The notes under the pieces were generated by a model. It was not told the DNA's origin. It saw only the letters and a list, made by a program, of their open reading frames with translations, and did not search any database. Below, piece by piece: positions 39,859 through 52,252 of a stretch of 64,000 bases of DNA. Origin of the DNA: Azolla caroliniana (taxonomy: Eukaryota; Plantae; Polypodiophyta); NCBI GenBank assembly GCA_043228905.1, contig JBHGNT010000021.1, positions 2,976,001 through 3,040,000 of the forward strand, in the 5' to 3' direction. The position numbers and the translations under genes were made by a program. Positions within the stretch are counted from its first letter, which is position 1. Every line of letters starts with the position of its first letter.

Positions 39859-42800
39859 CTATACATATAATTCTAAATCTTCCATTCCAATAATTGCGTA
39901 CAAATTTGACATCAGAATATGGCCGGTGATGTTATCTCTGTCAGCTTCGATTAGGTGATCAAGAGATCGTCTCCCAAGCTCCAAATTCTTACAAATTGCA
40001 CAAGAGCTCAACAAAGCAATCCAGAGGGCAGTGCTCGGTGGATATGGCATATTATCAACAAATGCTTTTGCATCATTCAACCTATCTGCTCGCCTAAGCA
40101 CATCAAATAAACAAACATAGTGCTCTATTGTTGGTACAAGACAAAACTGATTGATCAGCTTGAAATAATAACAACTTTCAGGTATTAAGCCAGAATGGCT
40201 ACATGCAGTTAGCATGTTCACGAATGTGATATGATCTGGTTTTAGATTTTCTTCATATATCATTCTTTCAAAGAAAGAATTTGCTAATTCATAATACCCA
40301 TGCTCGGCATATCCCCCAATTTTTGCATTCCATGTAACTGCATCATGAACAGTCATCTTGTGGAACACCTCACTCGCCATCACTAAATCACCACAATTTG
40401 AAAACATACCAATCAAAGTATTTCCGATACTTGGACTACTGTCCAAATTCTTTGATATGATATGCGTACATACTCGTATGCAATGGAAAAGACCTACGTT
40501 AGAGCATGCTTTAAGAATGCACATGTATGTGATTTCATTCCCACATATTCCTTCCTGTCCCATTCTATGGAATAAGGAGAGTGCTTCTTCACCTTGACCA
40601 TTGTCCACATGACCTATAATGAGAGATGACCAAGTTACAACAGTTCTATATGGTTGTCGTTCAAATATTACACATGCATCATTTAGACTACCACATTTGG
40701 CATACATATCAATCAAAATGTTGCCAACGCATTCATCGCAATCAAATCCTTGTTTTATGGCATCCAAATGCATCATCATTCCTTTGCTTACGGCATTTTG
40801 GCTTGCACAACTTTTGAGAATACACACAAAGGCAACCTCATTTGGAACAACGCCATTATGCTTCATTGCTTCATAACAATAAATAGCTTCATGGAGGTAC
40901 CCGTATTCGGCCAAGCCAGATATCAATACAGACCATGATATGACGTTCTGAACAGGCAGCTGGTGAAATACATAAAAAGCATTTTCTAAACTATGACACT
41001 TCCCATACATGTCAATGAGAGCATTCCCTAGTACAGTGTTAAAGTGGAATCCCCTTTTTGTAATTCTATCATGAATGAGGTTCCCCCAATCTAGTGCATT
41101 TCCACTTGAGCTTGCTTTTAGCAAGCAGCCATAACTGATTTCATCCATGTCAATGCCTTTCTCTTCCATTTTCTCAAAAAGTTGAAATACTTCCTGATCT
41201 TGCCCACTTTCTGCATATCCTGTCAACATGGCATTCCATATAGAGACATTTGGAGCCTGAAAGCCCTGGAACACTCTGCATGCGTCCTGAATATTTCCAT
41301 GCTTAAAATATGAATCAATCAATGTACTTCCAATCATGAAATTAGAATCAAAGCCATGGCTGACAACATCTAAATGTATCAATTTACTGAGATTTGAGCA
41401 ATCCAGATGTGCACATGCTTTAAAAATGCATATGAAAGTGATTTTGTCTGGTTCAATCCCACTCTGTAACATCAAATTGTAGAGCTCTAGAGCTTCCTTT
41501 CCAAAACCATGTTCTGCATTAGCTAAAATCATTGCAGACCATGAAATAACATCTCGTATCGACAACCTATCAAAGACGGTTTGTGCTGCCTCCAGTGCTC
41601 CACATTTTGCATACATATCAACCAAAGAGCTTCCAATACAGACATCTGAATCAAGGCCCCTCTTCACAATATCATCATGCACTAAATTGCTCTGATGCAG
41701 ATTACAACCAAGTCCACATGCTTTTATAGTTGACACATATGTGATCCTGTCTGGTTGTTTTCCTTTTTGTTGCATTTCATTGAACAAAAGAAGAGCCTCT
41801 TCAGCGTGTGTGAGATCCACATATCCTGAAATCATAGAGTTCCATGACACGACATCTCTATCATGCAACTCATCGAAGATTCGACGTGCATCTACTAAGA
41901 AAGCACATTTCACGTACATATCAATCAATGTACTTCCAACAAAAGTGTCACCTTCAAAGCCTAATGCTAAAACCTTAGAGTGAATCAATTTCCCCCGCTC
42001 AATTGCCTGAATGCTTACACAAGCTTTCAGCAAACAAACAAAGGTCATTTTATTCGGTTTGATGCCAACTTGCTCCATTCTATCATACAATTGCAAGGCC
42101 TCCAAACCACAACCACAGTTAGCAAAGCCTCCAATCATTGCACACCATGACACCACATCTTTTTGCTCAATATTTTGAAACACATCAAAAGCATCTTCCA
42201 AGCTACCACATTTTGCATACATGTCAACCACTGCACTACTTACATATAGATCTACTTCCAAACTTTCTTTAACGGTGTGGTCATGGACAATCTTCCCATT
42301 TTGTAAAGATGAGAGAGCAGAGCACGCTTTAAGAGCTGCAAGAATGGAGCGAAAATCTGGTCTGATTGAAGAATACATGACCATTTCATCATATAAAGAT
42401 AATGTATGCTCAAATTTGTTGATTCGAGAATGAATGGAGATGATAGTACTCCAAGAAAACACATTCTTCTTTTCCAAACTACGAAATATCCACATTGCAT
42501 CTGGCAAACTGCCACAAAAGGCAAAAGCTCTCATAAACAGGCAGGTTAGTTCACATGTTCCTTGCATATTTTCATTATTAGATAACGTATGGTTTTGCAT
42601 CTTTTCATCCTCGTTTATAATCATACATCGTATTTCTTCGTGCCTATCAACCATCACACTATGCGTTTCTTCATGTTTATCAACCATCACATTTCCCGTT
42701 TTTTCATGCTTATTGAGCATCACACTTTGAATTTCTTCATGCTTATCAATCCTCACACTTTCCATTTTTTCATGCTTATCCATCAACACTCCTTGCATTT

Positions 42801-43287
42801 TTTCATGCTTATCGACCACCATACTTTGCACTTCTTCTTGCTTATTTACAATCATTGATTGGAATTTGTTATTCTTATCTACAGCCGTACTTGGAAAGTT
42901 TTCATCCTTAAGTATCATATGCTTAGATACCACCGTACTTTCCATTCTTTCATGTTCGTGTGGCGTTGAACTTTGCATTTTGCAATGGTTAAGTATCATG
43001 AAAGCGTGATAGGTTTCTCTAGCTACAGCCATGTCATTTTCTTCGATGCAAGCCTGGAGAATGGATGTTATGGAGAGCTCAGAGAGGAGGATACCTTGTT
43101 TGCAAGTTATGTCCATGGCTTGAAGCATGTGATGTATACGAAGGCTGCGGCTTCCACTTCTTCCACTTCCTGCGTCATAACACATCTTCTCCAAACCTCG
43201 CAAGCGATTTATGCATGAATCAGGCACGGGCATGAATGAAGCGAATCTTCGAGAGGATGAATTCCCGTGTTTACTGAGACATTTCAT
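39859..43287 (-). CDS. PLS-class pentatricopeptide repeat protein with C-terminal E domain, no DYW domain seen (1142 aa, single exon)
   Basis: Repeated P-L-S triplets (DVVSWNSMISGY..., TFVCLLKAC..., VGSTLIDMYAKCG...); C-terminal EHYVCLFDVL...WIALLSSC...HILMSNLYA matches E motifs. Likely organellar RNA-editing specificity factor by family knowledge. Confidence 0.95.
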   Translation of the reverse strand: MKCLSKHGNSSSRRFASFMPVPDSCINRLRGLEKMCYDAGSGRSGSRSLRIHHMLQAMDITCKQGILLSELSITSILQACIEENDMAVARETYHAFMILNHCKMQSSTPHEHERMESTVVSKHMILKDENFPSTAVDKNNKFQSMIVNKQEEVQSMVVDKHEKMQGVLMDKHEKMESVRIDKHEEIQSVMLNKHEKTGNVMVDKHEETHSVMVDRHEEIRCMIINEDEKMQNHTLSNNENMQGTCELTCLFMRAFAFCGSLPDAMWIFRSLEKKNVFSWSTIISIHSRINKFEHTLSLYDEMVMYSSIRPDFRSILAALKACSALSSLQNGKIVHDHTVKESLEVDLYVSSAVVDMYAKCGSLEDAFDVFQNIEQKDVVSWCAMIGGFANCGCGLEALQLYDRMEQVGIKPNKMTFVCLLKACVSIQAIERGKLIHSKVLALGFEGDTFVGSTLIDMYVKCAFLVDARRIFDELHDRDVVSWNSMISGYVDLTHAEEALLLFNEMQQKGKQPDRITYVSTIKACGLGCNLHQSNLVHDDIVKRGLDSDVCIGSSLVDMYAKCGALEAAQTVFDRLSIRDVISWSAMILANAEHGFGKEALELYNLMLQSGIEPDKITFICIFKACAHLDCSNLSKLIHLDVVSHGFDSNFMIGSTLIDSYFKHGNIQDACRVFQGFQAPNVSIWNAMLTGYAESGQDQEVFQLFEKMEEKGIDMDEISYGCLLKASSSGNALDWGNLIHDRITKRGFHFNTVLGNALIDMYGKCHSLENAFYVFHQLPVQNVISWSVLISGLAEYGYLHEAIYCYEAMKHNGVVPNEVAFVCILKSCASQNAVSKGMMMHLDAIKQGFDCDECVGNILIDMYAKCGSLNDACVIFERQPYRTVVTWSSLIIGHVDNGQGEEALSLFHRMGQEGICGNEITYMCILKACSNVGLFHCIRVCTHIISKNLDSSPSIGNTLIGMFSNCGDLVMASEVFHKMTVHDAVTWNAKIGGYAEHGYYELANSFFERMIYEENLKPDHITFVNMLTACSHSGLIPESCYYFKLINQFCLVPTIEHYVCLFDVLRRADRLNDAKAFVDNMPYPPSTALWIALLSSCAICKNLELGRRSLDHLIEADRDNITGHILMSNLYAIIGMEDLELYV

Positions 43288-44254
43288 TCATTCATGATTC
43301 ATTCATTCTCTGGAGTCTGTTTAATTGGGGAGGGAGGGGAACAAAATACATATTTACCAAAATACCCTCCATCCAAGAAATAGGTTTTACAAAACTCTAA
43401 GCATGCCCCTCAACATACACATAAGATATTTACTCTTTTGTTCGTTGCACTCAAATATAGGAGTCCTTGCATACATTCTTTACATGCCATGTTTGAATGC
43501 TATCCCCACATACCAAATCGTGCAACATCCTAACCAACCTCTTTTGTGCTCGAATGGCATGCCTGTGTTCCTTTCCTGCTATTTCGGATTGCATCTAACA
43601 AAAGAGCATAATCGAGTTCTTTTGACACAACACTACCATTTTCAATCGATTACTAATGATAAGCAATAGATGAAAATGGTTAAGGGAGGTAATGGTTTGA
43701 AAGTCCCCATTGGAGTCTCGTATCGTGAAATATGATCTTAGGTCATATCTTGAAAGTTTAAATGAATACAAATCCTTATCGTTTGAGTTTTGCCTTAGAA
43801 GAGATGTTGTGATGAAGGGAATAGCTAGTCCCCTTCAATAAGTTGAAGTCCTCACGCATAAATCATTCAAACTAACTTTAAGATTTGGTCCCTAATGTTA
43901 TTATGCCTATAACATTTGGACACTATAAGTAGCAAAAAAACGAAGCTTCCTTATACGAGAGCATGGTTATGATCTCTATACTATCCACTCAATGTCAAGA
44001 GCTTAAGAGAAGATTATGCATAGACTATTTATTGAATACGTATATATAGGGATCAAATATAACAAATGTCAAAGCTCCTATAGGAAATGGACTCTAGTTG
44101 GGAACTTTTCACATACTAGATTAGAGAGTCATGCCAAATTTATATGTCCAAATGTTTAGGCTCTTTTCACATTACCATTAACAATTGGATGTAACTAAAT
44201 TCTAGAATTTCCTTGCCTTATGATATTGTGGTGTGCATGTGTTCCTTTGTGCCA

Positions 44255-44620
44255 CCCTTTTAGCTCACCCTTTTTAGGACACGTGTGCCCAAAATGACCC
44301 ACCCTTTTAGCACACCCTTTTTAGGATGCATGTGCCCAAAATGACTCACCCTTTTAGCACACCCTTTTTAGCCAAGCCAACCCAAATGGGTTCCGTTGTA
44401 TCAACTATAAATTGATTAAGAAGTAAGAAGCTAAGTAGACTGGTTTTGATCTCTTATATGCATTTCACCCTTTTTAGGATGTGTGTGCCCAAAATGACCC
44501 ACCCTTTTAGCACACCCTTTTTAGCCAAGCCAATCCAAATGGGTTCCGTTGTATCAACTATAAATTGATTAAGAAGTAAGAAGCTAAGTAGACTGGTTTT
44601 GATCTCTTATGTGCATTTCA
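44255..44620. repeat. Nested tandem duplication: ~152-bp unit x2 plus short caccctttt(t)ag subrepeats
   Basis: 44313-44468 is nearly identical to 44466-44620. Confidence 0.92.
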
Positions 44621-47600
44621 CAATATAAGGGAAACGTGTGTTGAGGTTTTTCTCACGCTAAATCGAATGAATTGAAACACAAGGTACAAAATCACAAAAC
44701 TTCCTAGTATTTTTATCAATGTTTATCTAGCTAAGATTATAGAATACTTATGTTCTTTTAAGATTATGCACATGCACAAAGTATTTTATCCATGACATGG
44801 ATATTGAAAAAAAAATACCACATAAAGAAATTTGGAAATTGTATTTTTCATTATGAACCACGACTATATTGCCTAATCATGTTCGCTTGTAGGTACACGT
44901 GAATAATTTGATAGAAAACATTCAACAATAGAGGAGGAGAGAAATCACAAATATACAAAAAATTTGAAATCATTGCATGGTCTATGTTTTTTTCTACTTA
45001 TAGATTTAAAATGAATTTGACAATATCACACGTGAGCTATTGGAAATGCCATATATGGTAATTATAGGTAACAAATGTGCTACGGAGTCACAAACATGTT
45101 TCTACTGTTTTTTGATTGTGATTCACGGGTTTCATGCCAAGTTGAAGCTCCGTGGAACTCCAAGCTTCAAAAGGTTCCTAACAAGTTGTTGCCACAAGAT
45201 TATAAGTCGAAATGACACTATGATGAAGTTAGAGTGCAGCTAGGTGTCCACGTGCAAATCAATATATGGTGAATAATGATCTCCATAACTTCGCGATGGT
45301 ATAGCCCATGTGCCTTATACATTGTTACTCACAATCTCTGTTGTTATTGACATTCCGTCGCTCTCTCTATGGTCATTGGTGATTCATTGGCATGTCGTTA
45401 AAGGATGTAAGGACATATGGGAAAATTCACAAAATGTGTGCTTGTCATTAAATCCTTTGCATTAATATAAGCCTCAATTCCTTATGCTTTCGAACCTAAA
45501 GCAACAATTGGTTCAATTGTCATAGGTAAACATTCCCCCTCATTTGTCGAATGATAATAGACTTTAAGTAGAGGGTATTGTATTCTCTATGGCGTGGTTG
45601 AAAGCTAGGCACTGTCGCACAAAATGTTTCTCAATTTTCACTCTCTCTTCCATATAATATGCAAAATGTTTCAAATTTAGGTGTGCAAAATGCTCGTGGT
45701 TCTTCAATCTTTAGATGGTGAGATGAAATTTTGAGTTGCCCTACTAGTTTGTATGCACAATGGGGCATGCAGAACAACCATGTACCTTGGTATGAATCTA
45801 GCTATGCATGGTGTAATAGAGAGGTTTGAAGGTTGACCTATGAATCAAGGACTAGGATTAACAATCTAACAACTTACCATTGCGTTAAGCTAGAGAGAGA
45901 AATAAATTAAATAAATGATAGGAAATCATTATGTGGTAGAGGATAGTTAAATGTGTGAGTCATGAAATGGATATTCGAACAATGATAATAAAGAGAAGAA
46001 AATGCGCCTCAACCTTCCACTGAGAAAATGTACCTATGCCATGACACACCTTGAGCAAAGAGGTAATTAATGTGTTGGTGTATAGATCTTCCACATTTAG
46101 ACTTGTGTCACCTATTGTGTCATGGTGTAGTTCGTTACCTTGTGCATTCATAGACTCAAATGTATCAAATATCCCCATTCTGTCTCTCTATCATAAAATT
46201 GGTCCAAAGTTTCTAATTCCACAAGCATATCTTAGTGAAACTGGTTATTTGATGGTATTGTAATACTATCAAATAAATGGGCTCGTGCAATGACGATAAC
46301 TTTGAATGCCACTTGCCGTTGCACATTGGCATGCATAATAAAGATGCCCACAAGCTAGTTGTTGTAAAAAACGTATATTTGTATTTCAATACCGTTGAAT
46401 GAACTTTGTGTGATCTTTCTTTAGCTATGTTGGGAATTTGAAACACATTCTCCACTTTTGGTGTTGAGGGGATCCTATGGGAATCTGGATCTTTGAATGG
46501 AAGTCCTTGAGTCACTTCCTAGCACATTTTGTCGATTGGGATACATTTATACAATTAGTAATTACTCATTGGTTTAAGTCGCTTCCATATTTTTCCAAGG
46601 CATTTTAGTACAAAGTGTCATGATGTGGACACTTTTTGCACTTCAACATTTGCTTTGGTTTTACTCTAAAGGGGGTACATTTGTTTTCTCCCCCTCTGTC
46701 GCTTTATTGACATATACTTGGAATTCAAATTAATGGAGAAAAGAAGACGAAACAAATAATAGGATTTATCATTGGAATCAATCTAGGCAAGGTTAAGTTC
46801 TATGTATTTTATTGGGCACGTATGAAAGAGTTTTAAGGACACGACTAACTTCCAAATCGAATGTTCAAACTATCATGTTGGAGGTCAAGAACATTACATA
46901 TGGGAACTTGTGATTCCTTCACTTTAATATTTTATTGATTAACCCATGAACTTGTGTTGCAAAGCACAATAATTACTACAAGCTACACTAATGTCTTTAT
47001 ATATTGAAATCCAATTTTTTTTAGTATGGTAAGGTTGCAAAGTTAATATTCTACAACTTGGCTTAAATATAATCGGTGAAGTTGTCTAAAAGGCTACTAC
47101 CATAGGCAAAAAATGGAGATTCCTTAGGGTATTGTGCAAGAGAAGAGTGTACGTACTTAAGACTATTTTAAATGGCACTAAAGCTCTCGTCAACATTTAG
47201 TGCGTAAGTGAATAAGAGCACCACATTCAACAGTGGAATAATTTTTCATTGTCAGAGAAAGTCAAGGAATTGTAATCCATGTTGTTTTCTTGTTTAATTC
47301 CATGCGGCGACATTGTACACGTACATTTGTTTGTTGTCGTCCACCATATTGATCGATTTACCTCTTGTTCGCGACCCCATCCACATTTTGCGTTCTTGTT
47401 TACCTTTCTATCTATATATATTTCACCCTCCCCTCCTCTCTTGTATCAAATCAAGTTTCCCTTTCCTGGCGACCTACATGGTGGGCCTACAAAGGTTGGA
47501 AGTTGTAAAACGAGTGGTGTGATCTTCCTATGCCCTTCTCTGCGGCCTTACAAGTTACACTCTGGACAGAAAGTGGAACTAAGACATGGGACAACAACTG

Positions 47601-48072
47601 AGAGATGGATTAGGTCGGCGAGATGGTCTCCGACGGGTTGGATACAAGCGAACCTATTTACCGTGGTAACAATACAATACATGTACATGTACCCCAAGGT
47701 ATGGGGTGAGGGAGGCCAATGAGGCGGGGTCATGGGTCTCATGGGTATGGAATGAATGAACCAGAGAGAGAGAGAGAGAGGACACATCAGTATGTATACA
47801 TGTAATGAATGTAGTATAAGCTCGCTCTTCAGAACAGGAGGAGCTTCTTCCTCGTGAACAGAGTATTTCCTCTCTCCTCCGCCTCCGTCTCTCTCTTTAT
47901 ATACATACATATATATATATGTATATGTATATGTATATGTCATATTTACATCAATGTATCCATAGCTAAAGAGAGGAGAAGGAAGAAGAAAGTGATAGGA
48001 GAGTGAGAGTCAGAAGAAGAAGAAGAAGCAGGAGAACGACGAAAGAAGGGAGATCTAAAGGCAGCAACCGCC

Positions 48073-49068
48073 ATGTCGAGCAACTCTACGAAACCTGTTT
48101 TTTACGTCGTGTTGCTTTTCTTCTACTTCGCGGCTTCAGGTAAAACCCTAAACCCCCTTCCCCTCCCCAAAACTCTGCTCTGCTAACTGCATTGTGTGTA
48201 TGTGTAGCATATATATATATGTATTAAGAAACAGCAGGAAAATACCAGAAAAAACCCCATATTCCTCTTCTTTCTGCTCCAGAATATGTATCATAGTTTT
48301 AATGTAAAATGTTATCTGCCAGCAGCTATGGGAACACCCAACTCTAGCAGAGACTTCCGATTCGTGAACAAATGCAACGCCACTGTGTGGGTGGGCAGCC
48401 TGGGCAGCACGCTGATCAACGGCGGCGGATGGCCTGTCGGGCCCGGCACCACCGTCACAGTCTCTGCTCCCCCGGGCTGGCACGGCCGCTTCTGGGCCCG
48501 GACCGGATGCCACTTCGACCACACCGGCAAGGGCAGGTGTGAAACCGGTGACTGCGGAGGCCTGGCCAAATGCGCCGGCGCAGGTGGCCAGCCGCCCGCC
48601 ACTCTCGCCGAATTCTCCCTCGGCCCGCCCAAAGACTTCTACGACGTCAGCTTGGTCGACGGCTATAACGTCCAAGTGAGTGTGCAACCCATGGGCGGAC
48701 AATTTATGACCACCCAAGAACAAGACGAAGTGCAGTGGAGCGGACCTCCTAAGTCTAAGCATCGCGATGCCTATGTTTGTCACCCCGCTGGGTGTGAAAC
48801 CGATGTGAATAAGGTTTGTCCGCCTTCCCTACAAGTGAATGGGCGCCATGGTGGTGGTGTGGTTGCTTGTAGGAGCGCGTGTAATGCGTTCTCGAAGCCC
48901 AAGTATTGTTGCACGGGGACGTATGCCAGCCCAAGCACATGTAGCGCATCCGCCTTCTCTCGAATCTTTAAACGTGCGTGCCCTCGTGCATACACTTATG
49001 CCTACGATGATCCCACCTCTATCTTCACTTGCGACTCCCCCAAGGCATACTCTATCTATCTTTGCTAG
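48073..49068 (+). CDS. Thaumatin-like protein (PR-5 family); exons 48073-48139 and 48323(or 48326)-49068
   Basis: Signal-peptide exon MSSNSTKPVFYVVLLFFYFAAS; FVNKCNATVW, GRFWARTGC, CETGDCGG, PPATLAEF, DFYDVSLVDGYN, KYCCTG, FKRACPRAYTYAYDD; phase-1 intron with NAGNAG acceptor. Confidence 0.96.
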
Positions 49069-51749
49069 GACCAAATGTTGCCCATTTTGTTAGACCAAAA
49101 ACAAAAACAAGAAGGCCTATAGAGAAAAGAAAAGGGAAGCAAAAAATTTGAGATTTGAGGGATTTTTGATTTATCACATTTTGTGCTTTTTTCTACTAGG
49201 GTTAAAATTTTCTTATTGATGATTCAGTTTCCGTCATGTCACATCTCATGGTTAACTCTATTTTGTACTCTTGATGAACTACTCCCCTCCCATGTCTATC
49301 ATGGTTTGTGTGGTTCTCATCACATGTTGTGTGTGTGTGTCCTTGCATTGCACCGACTCTATTATCTTTTGTATAGTCCACATACAAATTTCCTTCCAAC
49401 CTCAATGATGAATGGAGGTATGGACGAAAAAACGCATGTTTGTGCTGTGACAATGTGCAATTAGGAGGTAAACTTGACATTGTGTGATTAGAATGCAACA
49501 TAGAATAAGCAATAATGAAATTTAAGGTACCTTGGTAAGGAGAAACTATTCTCAAAATAGATGCATGTGGGTGACTTCCTTCACCAAGGCTTAATGACCA
49601 TATTTTCGCTCCTTAGTTATTCATTTCATAAAACAGTTGATAGGCTCAATTGAAATTCTCTTTATTACTACACTAAAGTATTTGGCAATTGTAGAGCATA
49701 CACGACATGAAAATACTTTTCGCAATGGTGCAAAACATTGGATAGCAAATAAGACCTAATTGTCTTGACAATCGAATGTCATTTAACCCTTGTATTAAGT
49801 TTAATTACCAAATGATGGCATGGGTATATGAAAAACATTCTAAAACCTCAAATCAATCATTATTCTAAAGACTTTTTATGGAATAAAAAGTTGTGAAGAA
49901 TTCCGAGGTTGGGAATTGGGATTCATGTGCTTTATTATTATTATTTATCTCGTAGTTTTTGTTGACTTGTTATTCTAGGCTTCAAAAGTTTTGACAACTC
50001 ATTTTCAATTATAAACATTCTAGCTCATCATTGGTGTATTCTTTCACAAATGGGTTGTGATATGTTCTCAAGTGAAGTGTGCAATGCTGGATTTAGAATG
50101 GTGATATAGGCATAGTGATAACATATTTGTTGGACATGCACCCTCATAGTAATCACAAAGATAACTAGGAACAATAAACCAACTAAGTAATAAGTACTTA
50201 AGAAAGCTTTGACTGACATGATTGACATAATGAAAGAGATTGATATAGTTAAGAGTCGAAGTGGGTCTTAAGTTCTAACCATGGGGAAATAATACACTTT
50301 GGGTTTGCCACTATGACAACCATCGACCCCTTTCTTTATATTGAAACCTATGTTGTATACAATAAGGTTTTCCATTATATTGAAAGCTACTTTATATATG
50401 AGAAGGTGAAAACAATAAATAAGCAAACGACTTTACCATCAACTACAATCCATCGTAAGGAAGCACTCATTAGAACGAGATCTTTGAAACCCCAATTATG
50501 TAAACCAACATTGCAAAGGTATATGCCCAAACATATTGTGACATTAGATAAATGACAAAGTGACATGTACTATTTTTCCATGACAAGGCACAAATGAACC
50601 ACGTTCCACTAGCAATGTTTCACTTCCTTTAAGCATTTCCCAAGCTTAATCCCCTAACCATACCCCTCCAAACAAACACCTCAACTCTAAATGGAAGATT
50701 GGGAACACCAACTGCTACGTAATACACTATTCCACCACATTATGAGTTTTCTAAAATCTCATCACCAGCATAACCTTCACCTCCATCCAATCAACCTTTG
50801 GGGAAGACTCGAGGAGTTTTGGAATCAAGTATTGCAAACCTATTGTTGTTTGTATCTTAGGAATGTGAGATCTCATTCGTCATAACCAGTTGGAACTCTC
50901 TTATTCATGTTTAGTATTCAACGTAGGATCACATATTTATAATCTAGCTTTTTAAGATGGGTACTATGAACATCATGAATATTATTGGGATGGGAAGTCA
51001 CAAAATCCTTTTTTACTTTCTCATGTTTCTAAAAGCAATAAACTAGTATTACTTGTCACCGTATCTTTCTTGTGTCTAACTACTCTTGTCAATATACATG
51101 ACTAATACATAAAGTATCTATAATGGATTTAACAAATGAATATATTATAATATTCCCACGGTATAAGGTGATGAAAGGCAAAGAAAACAATGAAGGTACG
51201 TATATAAAAGGGAACAAACAAATAAATAGAGGAAACCTCAAATGCATAAACCTAGATTAAAGATTCACCATTGAAGCAAAGTGGCTTGCCTTGTAATGGG
51301 ATCTTTAAAACAAGCAAGAACATATCCTTGGGCAGTGCCATGGGATTTGATGCTTATATTTGGTTGGCACCGAGATATATTAAGTTTACAGCCATGGTAC
51401 ATATTTACATGTGCCGTGCTCTTTTACGTTTAATTTTTACTGTATAGAAGCAAACCTTATTATATTTGGCATAAAGGAGGTTCCTTAGATAATGTAAAAG
51501 GTGACACTGAACTAGTAGAATCACAACATTTGGAGTTTCATGCCATATGGGACAAAGGTATATGTATTTGATAGGAAGTTTTTGGACAATGTGGTGCAAC
51601 TGATGAGTATTTCTTTTTGCCATCTCTCTTTATGGGAGACATACAGTTCATTACAGAGCCAAATTGCAATATTTTTTTCTCCATATGTTAAGACCAACCA
51701 GATTTTCTGGTGTCTTGCATAGGGTTTGCCAAGGACAATGATCATGATT

Positions 51750-51941
51750 AGGAATGATTATTATGGTGGAGAGTCAACATCTCTCAATCTTACACAGATG
51801 TGGTCCAAATTTAGAGGCAGTGACAAGCCTCCTATGTTTAAAGTCGTTGATGGGAGCTATGTTTTTAACAAAGGGAAGATCCACAAGGTTCCTGCTACAG
51901 ATGTAGTAGCATTGAAGTCTCCCCTCATGGGTCTATTTGAG
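51750..51941 (+). pseudogene. GDI: Intronless, internally deleted Rab GDP-dissociation inhibitor fragment
   Basis: RNDYYGGESTSLNLTQMWSKFRGSDKPP joined to FKVVDGSYVFNKGKIHKVPATDVVALKSPLMGLFE; both are diagnostic Rab-GDI segments, with about 40 intervening codons missing. Confidence 0.88.
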
Positions 51942-52252
51942 TTTGACTTGGGAGATGCAAGTTATTTAAGATATACGGAACTGCAAGTAGCTTGGAATGT
52001 GTCTACAGAATAGCTTGGAATGTGTCTACAAAATAACTTTCAGATTAGTTGACTAGTTTTCTCTACTTTGGAGTACATAGATTGCTTTCCTCAAACCATC
52101 ATCTTATAAAGATGAGTTGGGAAAAATATTTTGTATGTTGTTGTTATGACTTTTCTAAAAACTAATGGAAGGATATGTTCTTTTGAAAAAGAAAAAAAAA
52201 AGAAAAAGTTTTTGGACAATGTGGAGTGGTTTTACTCTACACCAAAGTATCT

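Noticed and set aside
48148-49093. Several overlapping antisense and alternate-frame ORFs
   Set aside because: Shadows of the GC-rich thaumatin coding sequence; the same applies to antisense ORFs over PPR, TRX and the LINE.
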